Assembly (NCBI GenBank): GCA_051252135.1
Contig: JBPOGH010000006.1
Coordinates: 184,953-248,952, forward strand
Reading direction: 5' to 3'
Source: Verrucomicrobiaceae bacterium
GTDB taxonomy: Bacteria; Verrucomicrobiota; Verrucomicrobiia; Verrucomicrobiales; Akkermansiaceae
DNA: 64,000 bases
Shown piece by piece: positions 58,122-64,000 of the stretch. The translations under genes and the position numbers were made by a program. Below the pieces are notes generated by a model. It saw only the letters and a list, made by a program, of their open reading frames with translations, searched no databases and had not been told where the DNA came from. Positions within the stretch are counted from its first letter, which is position 1; every line of letters starts with the position of its first letter.

Positions 58122-61100
58122 TGACGTCACCTTTTGTGGTTCCTCTGTCGGAGGCTCGTGAGCTTTCCCTGACCGGGGGAAAGGCGATTAATTTGGCGAA
58201 GCTGATGGCGGCGGATCTTCCGGTGCCTGATGGATTTGTGGTGACGACGACTGCGTATCGGGCGGCGGGCGGGAGCACGGCTGTGCCTCCGGATATTGAG
58301 GCTGAAATTCGCGCGGCCTATGAAGCGATGGGTTCGCCAATGGTGGCAGCCCGGTCGTCGGCGACGGCGGAGGATATGGCGGAGGCGTCGATGGCGGGGC
58401 AGTATGAGACTTTTTTGAATCTCTCGGGAGCGGATGAATTGCTGAAGGCGGTGTCCGGTTGTTGGGAGAGCATGCGGAGTGATCGTTTACTTTCTTATCT
58501 GCGGGAGCAGGGGATTGATCCGGCAACGGTGGCGATGGCGGTGGTGGTGCAGAAACTGGTTCCGGCCGAGGCTGCGGGGGTTCTTTTTACGGCCAATCCG
58601 CAGACGGGAGCGACCGAGGACATGCTGATTGAGGCGGCTTGGGGGCTGGGTGAAGGGGTGGTGTCCGGAGCGGTGCAGCCGGATCGGATTCGCTTGCGCG
58701 GTGAGGATGGGCGGGTGCTGAAGTATGAGGTCGCCGAGAAGACAACGAAGCTTTCGCCGGGAGGAAAGGGATTTGAAGGAGTGCCTCGTGATGATCAGTC
58801 GCGGGCGTGCATCCAGCACGAGGAGATTCAGGAGCTTTGGCAACTGGGGCGTCGGGCGGCCCGTCACTTTGATGGTCCGCAGGACATCGAGTGGGCGGTA
58901 GAGGGCGGGAAGGTTTATCTGCTGCAGTCGCGGGCGATCACGACCTTGCGTGAAGCGGCGTTGCGGCACGGATTGCCGGATGTGATTCGGGGTGAGTTGG
59001 CGTCGCAGATCGAGCAAGAACGCGGTCCTTGGGTGCGGCATAATTTGGATGAGACCTTGTCGCACCCGACACCGCTGACGTGGAGTTTGATTCGGCAGTT
59101 CATGTCGGGTGCGGGCGGGTTTGGCGAGATGCATCGCGAGGTGGGATTTGAGCCATCGAAGATGGTGTGTGAGGAGGGTTTTTTGGAGCTGATCGGGGGG
59201 CGCGTTTACATGGATTGTGCGCGGATGCCCGAGATGTTTTCGGAGGGTTATCCCTTTGCTTACGATGTGGCGCATTTGCGGGCTGATCCGGATGCGGCGC
59301 AGCAGGCTCCGACCTTGGCGAAAGGGTCGATTCGTGAGCGAGGTGCGGCGGCGGCCCAGGCTCAGAAGGTGACGGCGAACTTGCACGAGCTGGCGGGGAA
59401 TCTGGACAAGCGATTCGATGAAGAGTTTGTGACGGAGGTGGAGGCCTGGTGTCAGGAAGAAGCGGGTCGTGATTTGGGGTCGCTGGATCGGGTGGCCTTG
59501 GCTGAGCTGTGGGAGAGTCGTCGGCGCAAGGTGCTGGATGAATTTGGAGTGATGGCGTTTTTGCCGAGTTTGATTGAGGCGCTTGGGGCCTCGGATCTGC
59601 TGGCGTTTCTGGAGGAGTTTTCGTGGGACGAGGACCCGCATGCCTTGATGAACCGGTTGGTGGTGAGCGAGACGGCGGACCAGACCTTGCGGTCGAATGA
59701 GCGTTTGCAGCTGGTGGGGCAGGGGAAGGTTTCGCGGGAGGATTGGCTGAAGGAATTTGGTTTTCGGGGTCCGGGCGAATTTGATTTGGCCAACCCGCGG
59801 TGGCACGAACGTCCGGGAGATCTGGATGCGATGGCGTCGAGGATGGCGGATGAGGATTCGCTTGGTGAGCTTCATGCGAGGAGGCAGAGAGAGGCGGGAG
59901 AGGCATTGGCGCGTCTGGCGGAGAAGTTATCGGATGAGAAGCGGGACGAGCTGAAGAAGCGTGTTGAGCTGGCGTCGCGTTACGTGCGTTTTCGTGAGGA
60001 CGGGAAGTGCTTGTTGATGCGGGCGTATGCGATGCTGCGGCCGGTGGCGTTGGAGATTGGGGAGCGATTGGGGATTGGGGACGAGGTGTTTCTTTTGGAA
60101 AATGGGGAGATGCTGGAGGCCCTGGCGACCGGTTATGTGCCGAAGGATCGGATTGCGGATCGGCGTTTGCAGCGTCGTGCGGAAGCGGGGCTTTCGCTTG
60201 CGCGGGTGATTGATGGAGATGATTTGGAGACTCTGGGGATTCCGGCGGTTGATGCTGATGCGTCCTGCTGGGATACGCATTCGCTCTCGGCGGGTGTGTG
60301 CACGGGGGCGGCACGGGTGGTGCTTTCTCCGGAGTCGGCGGGGGACCTTGGGAAGGATTACATTTTGGTGTGTCCTTCGACCGATCCCTCCTGGACGCCC
60401 TTGTTTGTGGGGGCTGCGGGATTGATTCTGGAGTGTGGCGGGGCGTTATCGCATGGGGCGATCGTGGCGCGAGAATTGGGGCTGCCGGCGGTGGTGCTAG
60501 AGAATGCGACGCAACTTTTTGAAGGCGGAGAAGAGCTGACGCTTGATGCGAACCAAGGTCGGGTGATTCGCGGGGCGGGGTCGGCATCGCCTTTTGGGGA
60601 AAACGATGACCCCCGAATCGAGCGTGCGCTACAGCCTCCGCTTCCCGGAACGGAAGAAAGGAAGGCGGGGCGGCTTGGGGTGATGTTTGGACTGGGGTGG
60701 TCGGTCCTTTTGCTGGCGGTGTGGTTTTTACCGACTCCGTGGTTGCAGGACCCGTTGTTTGGATTTTTGGATGTGGTCTTGTGGCCTCTGGTGAAGGGGA
60801 TTGGGATGCCGTTGACGGTGGCGGCAATTGCGGTCTTCTTTGCGGTGGTTCCGCTGCTGTTGCAGAAGCGGTTTACGGACAACCCGCGCTTGCTGGTGGC
60901 GCGGGATCGTGCGGCGGCGCTGCGTGCGGCCAGCGGAGAGTATGCCAAGGGGAGTGTTCGCAAGGAGGCGATGGGTCGTCTGGCGGCTCCGGTGACGATG
61001 CGGATTCTGAAGGCGGCGATGACGTCGCTGGCGTTTGTGTTGGGGCCGATGATGTTGATTTTTCTGTGGTTGCCGTCGCGACTGGATCCGGCTTCGTGGA

Positions 61101-61705
61101 ATGCCGAGCCGGGGCAGATTGTGAGTGTGCTTGCGGAGGTGGAAGGTGATTGGCCGGAGCCCTTGACGCTAGAGATTCCGGAGGCGCTGGAGATGGATTC
61201 GACGGGGAAGGAGACGCAGACCTTGCCGCCGATTCGGGAGACGTTGAAGACGATTCGAGGAGAGTGGGCGATGTCGAACGACACGTCCGGGTATCCCTGG
61301 GAGCTTCAGGCGAGTGCGGCGCAATCCCATCAGCAGATGTTGGCGAGTTTGGATCGATTTTTGGCGAGGCCGACTGAACCGCAGAAGATATCGTGGCGAG
61401 TGAACGTGCCGGCTGATGCGGCGGGGGTGCATCTGGTGAAATTGAAGACGGGGGATGGTGAGCCTACCGAGCTGAAGCTCTCGATGGGGAAATTCAGTGA
61501 GCCTGCATTGGCGGAGACGATTCCGGGGGAGGGGCCGGTGCTGTCGTTGAAGGCGATTTATCCTCGGGCGCTGCAGAAGCGGTCGTTTTGGGCGCCTTTT
61601 CCAAGTAAGGATGGTGAACCCTATGATTTTGGGTGGTTGGGCGTTTATCTGATTGCCTACCTTCCGACGATGATTGTGGTGAAGAAGGTGTTGCGGGTGG
61701 CTTGA
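58118..61705 (+). CDS. PEP-synthase/rifampin-phosphotransferase-like dikinase fused to a DUF106/EMC3/TMCO1-like membrane domain
   Basis: GGKA.NL, RSSATAED...AGQYET, GLGEGVVSG, DIEWA...LQSRAIT; central FGFRGPGEFDLANPRW; C-terminal LSHGAIVARELGLPAV (His779); then about 4 TM segments. Confidence 0.8.
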   Translation: MMTSPFVVPLSEARELSLTGGKAINLAKLMAADLPVPDGFVVTTTAYRAAGGSTAVPPDIEAEIRAAYEAMGSPMVAARSSATAEDMAEASMAGQYETFLNLSGADELLKAVSGCWESMRSDRLLSYLREQGIDPATVAMAVVVQKLVPAEAAGVLFTANPQTGATEDMLIEAAWGLGEGVVSGAVQPDRIRLRGEDGRVLKYEVAEKTTKLSPGGKGFEGVPRDDQSRACIQHEEIQELWQLGRRAARHFDGPQDIEWAVEGGKVYLLQSRAITTLREAALRHGLPDVIRGELASQIEQERGPWVRHNLDETLSHPTPLTWSLIRQFMSGAGGFGEMHREVGFEPSKMVCEEGFLELIGGRVYMDCARMPEMFSEGYPFAYDVAHLRADPDAAQQAPTLAKGSIRERGAAAAQAQKVTANLHELAGNLDKRFDEEFVTEVEAWCQEEAGRDLGSLDRVALAELWESRRRKVLDEFGVMAFLPSLIEALGASDLLAFLEEFSWDEDPHALMNRLVVSETADQTLRSNERLQLVGQGKVSREDWLKEFGFRGPGEFDLANPRWHERPGDLDAMASRMADEDSLGELHARRQREAGEALARLAEKLSDEKRDELKKRVELASRYVRFREDGKCLLMRAYAMLRPVALEIGERLGIGDEVFLLENGEMLEALATGYVPKDRIADRRLQRRAEAGLSLARVIDGDDLETLGIPAVDADASCWDTHSLSAGVCTGAARVVLSPESAGDLGKDYILVCPSTDPSWTPLFVGAAGLILECGGALSHGAIVARELGLPAVVLENATQLFEGGEELTLDANQGRVIRGAGSASPFGENDDPRIERALQPPLPGTEERKAGRLGVMFGLGWSVLLLAVWFLPTPWLQDPLFGFLDVVLWPLVKGIGMPLTVAAIAVFFAVVPLLLQKRFTDNPRLLVARDRAAALRAASGEYAKGSVRKEAMGRLAAPVTMRILKAAMTSLAFVLGPMMLIFLWLPSRLDPASWNAEPGQIVSVLAEVEGDWPEPLTLEIPEALEMDSTGKETQTLPPIRETLKTIRGEWAMSNDTSGYPWELQASAAQSHQQMLASLDRFLARPTEPQKISWRVNVPADAAGVHLVKLKTGDGEPTELKLSMGKFSEPALAETIPGEGPVLSLKAIYPRALQKRSFWAPFPSKDGEPYDFGWLGVYLIAYLPTMIVVKKVLRVA

Positions 61706-61744
61706 GGCCGTAGGTGAGGTCTGCCTTGGGCGCTGTTGAAGTTC

Positions 61745-62710
61745 TTAGGGATCGAAGCGGAGGTCACCTTCGGGGACGAGGATGTAGAAGGCCAAGGGGG
61801 TCACGGCGGGGTCAATGGTGTCATCGACGTAGGTTCCGCCAGTCTGACTGGAGGCGAGGAGTTCGAAGCTTGCGGAGTCGAGGGTTCCTGAGGTATTTCG
61901 GTAGACGTCGACCGGGCCAATGGGTGAGGTGTAGGTGAGAGTGAGGCCGGTTTCGCTGTCGTAGGTTGTGTTATCGATTGCGATGGTGTTTCCGCCGCCG
62001 GTATTTCCTTCGCCGGAACTGGAGACGCTGAAGGAATCGATGGTTCCTGATTGATTGCCGCGGAATCTGAATCCGGCATGGGCGGTGTCCGTGCCGTTCC
62101 AGAGGTCGGCATGAGTGACGGTGAATGAGGTTGACTGGCCATCGAGCTCCGAGGTGATGTCGAACTCGTTGGTGGTTTCGGATCTGGTGATGGTGGTGGT
62201 GAGGGTGTGGTAATCGGAATCCCAAGGAATGTTAGTATCGAACTTTGCTTCGTTGCTAAAGCCGAGGGGTGAAAGCCAGAAATTGGTGTTGGAGTTGTTT
62301 TGGAAGACGGCACTGCCGATGGTTTCGGCGGGGGTTTCACCCATTCCGAGTGCGCTATCACTGAGTCCGAGAAACCAGGCGCCGTTGTTTTGGTTCGCAA
62401 AGGTGCCGACAAAGTTGAATTTGAGAGTCAGGGTGATTGTTTTGCCTGCTGCGAGCTCGCTGGTGATATCAGCAGAGGTGTCGAGATGGACGGGGCCGTT
62501 GGCGTTGACGTGGTTGAGGAGGCCGGTGCCAGCGGTATCGGAGAGAGAGTAACTGGGGTGAGCCACCCAGGAATTCTGGGTGTTGAACGCTCCGTCAGCG
62601 AATGCCGGTGAGTCGCTGGCTGAGAAGCCGGTGGAGTAGTTTACCTCATCAGCGGAGACAACGTTTGTTGAGAGAATGGAAGCGAGGGCGAGAGACTGAA
62701 GCTTGTTCAT
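61745..62710 (-). CDS. Secreted protein, paralog of 62742-63506 with a non-PEP-CTERM C-terminal domain
   Basis: Signal peptide; body nearly colinear with the neighbour; ends LTLTY...DVYR...YVDD...AFYILV. Confidence 0.8.
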   Translation of the reverse strand: MNKLQSLALASILSTNVVSADEVNYSTGFSASDSPAFADGAFNTQNSWVAHPSYSLSDTAGTGLLNHVNANGPVHLDTSADITSELAAGKTITLTLKFNFVGTFANQNNGAWFLGLSDSALGMGETPAETIGSAVFQNNSNTNFWLSPLGFSNEAKFDTNIPWDSDYHTLTTTITRSETTNEFDITSELDGQSTSFTVTHADLWNGTDTAHAGFRFRGNQSGTIDSFSVSSSGEGNTGGGNTIAIDNTTYDSETGLTLTYTSPIGPVDVYRNTSGTLDSASFELLASSQTGGTYVDDTIDPAVTPLAFYILVPEGDLRFDP

Positions 62711-62741
62711 GATGGTCGTAAGACTGGATCAACCTGAGGTC

Positions 62742-63506
62742 TTACCGACGACGGCGGAGAGAGAGGAGGCCGACACCGCTCAGGAGAAGTAGTGCGGATC
62801 CGGGCTCCGGGATTGCTACGGTGCTGACACTGAAAGAGTCCACGTTTCCATCCTGGTTCCCCCGGAATCTGAATCCGGCATAAGCGGTATCCGTTCCAGT
62901 CCAAAGGCCGGCATGAGTCATGGTGTATGAAGTCGACTGGCCATCGAGATCGGCGGTGATATCGAATTGGTTCGTGGTCGCTGACCTGGTGATGGTGGTG
63001 GTGAGGGTGTGGTAGGAGGCATCCCACGTGATGGTGGTATCGGACTTGTCGGTGAAGCCGACGGCAGAGATCCAAAAATTGGTGTTGGTGTTGTTTTGAA
63101 ACGTGGCGCTCCCGATGGTACCGGCTGAGGTCTCACCCAATCCGGTGGCGACATTGCTGAGGCCGACCAACCATGCACCATTGTTTTGGTTCGAAAATGT
63201 GCCCACAAAATTCAGCCCGAGAGTCATAGTGACCGTTTTTCCTGCTGCCAGTTCGCTGGTGACATCGGTGGAGGTGCCGAGATGGACGGGGCCGTTGGCA
63301 TTGATCCGGTTGAGGAGTCCTGTCCCCGCAGCATCGGAGACGGTGTAGCTTGGATGAGCCTCCCAAGTATTTTGACCGTCAAGACCGCCATCCGCGAAGG
63401 CAGGAGAGTCGCTGTCGGAGAAGCTGGTGGAGTAGGACACGGTAGCCGAATAAGCTGCGACTGTGGTGAGGGCGGTTGTTGAAATGATGGCAAGAGTCGT
63501 TTTCAT
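62742..63506 (-). CDS. PEP-CTERM sorting-domain protein
   Basis: Signal peptide; C-terminus IPEPGSALLLLSGVGLLSLRRRR. Confidence 0.9.
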   Translation of the reverse strand: MKTTLAIISTTALTTVAAYSATVSYSTSFSDSDSPAFADGGLDGQNTWEAHPSYTVSDAAGTGLLNRINANGPVHLGTSTDVTSELAAGKTVTMTLGLNFVGTFSNQNNGAWLVGLSNVATGLGETSAGTIGSATFQNNTNTNFWISAVGFTDKSDTTITWDASYHTLTTTITRSATTNQFDITADLDGQSTSYTMTHAGLWTGTDTAYAGFRFRGNQDGNVDSFSVSTVAIPEPGSALLLLSGVGLLSLRRRR

Positions 63507-63694
63507 TTTGATATTTGATTTGAAGGTATCGCGGCAGGATATTTGTCATACTTCTTTTTTTGTGGGGGAAGGCAAGAGGAAAATGGACTTTGTTAGATTT
63601 TTGTTCGATTCCTGTTCGGGTGCTCGTTTGTGGTTGTGGGGCTCAGTTCAAAAGGGTGTGCTGAGAGGAATCGAGGGGGATTAGGGGCTGCCCG

Positions 63695-63892
63695 GGAGAG
63701 GGAAGGAATGACTTCCCGTTGGTTAGTCTGTGCTGAATTGAAAGCCGTTGGCTTTGGGGGGTGAAGGGACGTGGTTGCGTTGTTTGGTTGTGGGGGTGCT
63801 TGAACGGGTGCGCAGGCGGAGAGGGAAGGAATGACTTCCCGTTGGTCAGTCTGTGCTGATTTGAAAGCCGTTGGCTTTGGGGGTGAAGGACG
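63695..63892 (+). repeat. Intergenic direct repeat, two ~76-bp near-identical copies, period 123 bp
   Basis: GGAGAGGGAAGGAATGACTTCCCGTTGGTYAGTCTGTGCTGAWTTGAAAGCCGTTGGCTTTGGGGG...GAAGG starts at 63695 and 63818. Confidence 0.85.
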
Positions 63893-64000
63893 CACTCGCG
63901 TTGCTCGTTTGTCGTGGCGCTCGAACGGGTGCGCTGAGACGCACCGAAGGTACTCAGGCCTTGCCCTTTTACGCCAAAGCCCCCCCGGTCAGGCAAGCTG

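Noticed and set aside
39735..60827. Long Ser/Pro/Arg- or Gly/Glu-rich alternative-frame ORFs (e.g. 39735-41096, 45581-47107, 58487-59875, 59100-60827)
   Set aside because: They overlap well-supported genes, and their low-complexity composition reflects the G-rich plus strand
58118..61705. Calling this gene ppsA or a true rifampin-resistance rph
   Set aside because: The domain order excludes PpsA; the membrane fusion and envelope-operon context do not support rifampin specificity
13914..63576. Shared GAAGGCAAG upstream of two minus-strand secreted-protein genes (about 13914 and 63568)
   Set aside because: Short, and explained by a generic TTGCCT -35-like box or by chance; no matching second box
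63695..63892. Possible CRISPR array
   Set aside because: Only two copies, the ~76-bp repeat is too long, the intervening segments resemble each other and no cas genes are present

Overview
Bacterial genomic window, most likely Verrucomicrobiota (PEP-CTERM proteins, a Rhodopirellula/Verrucomicrobium-type ECF sigma-FecR pair, SHD1-like and DUF3500 proteins). It has three zones. (1) 2.2-22.4 kb: an alginate/uronan utilisation locus without SusC/D, lying next to the 3' end of tmRNA. It holds an SSS transporter, a DEH-reductase-like SDR, a heparinase II/III-type lyase, PL7, two PL6, DUF2264, cupin and TIM-barrel isomerases, three copies of an unassigned ~255-aa secreted domain and a PEP-CTERM protein. 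(2) 22.5-48.4 kb: mostly housekeeping genes (ssrA, secA, sucCD, ispF, inositol monophosphatase, split coaC/coaB, MBOAT pair, gmk, mutL, mgtE, SulP, LptF/G). This zone also has a chimeric antitoxin/YoeB module, a secreted GH13-like protein and a 200-bp MITE-like element. (3) 48.5-64 kb: the strongest candidate for an undescribed system. A divergent unit carries two copies of a promoter-like motif (TTTGTGCACG-N14-GTGAAT). One points to a DUF5060 protein. The other points to an operon of ECF sigma, FecR fused to a DNRLRE/CBM96-like domain, three envelope proteins and a rifampin-phosphotransferase-like dikinase. The dikinase is fused to a C-terminal DUF106/EMC3/TMCO1-like (Oxa1-superfamily) membrane domain. 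All family calls come from reading motifs by eye; no searches were run.
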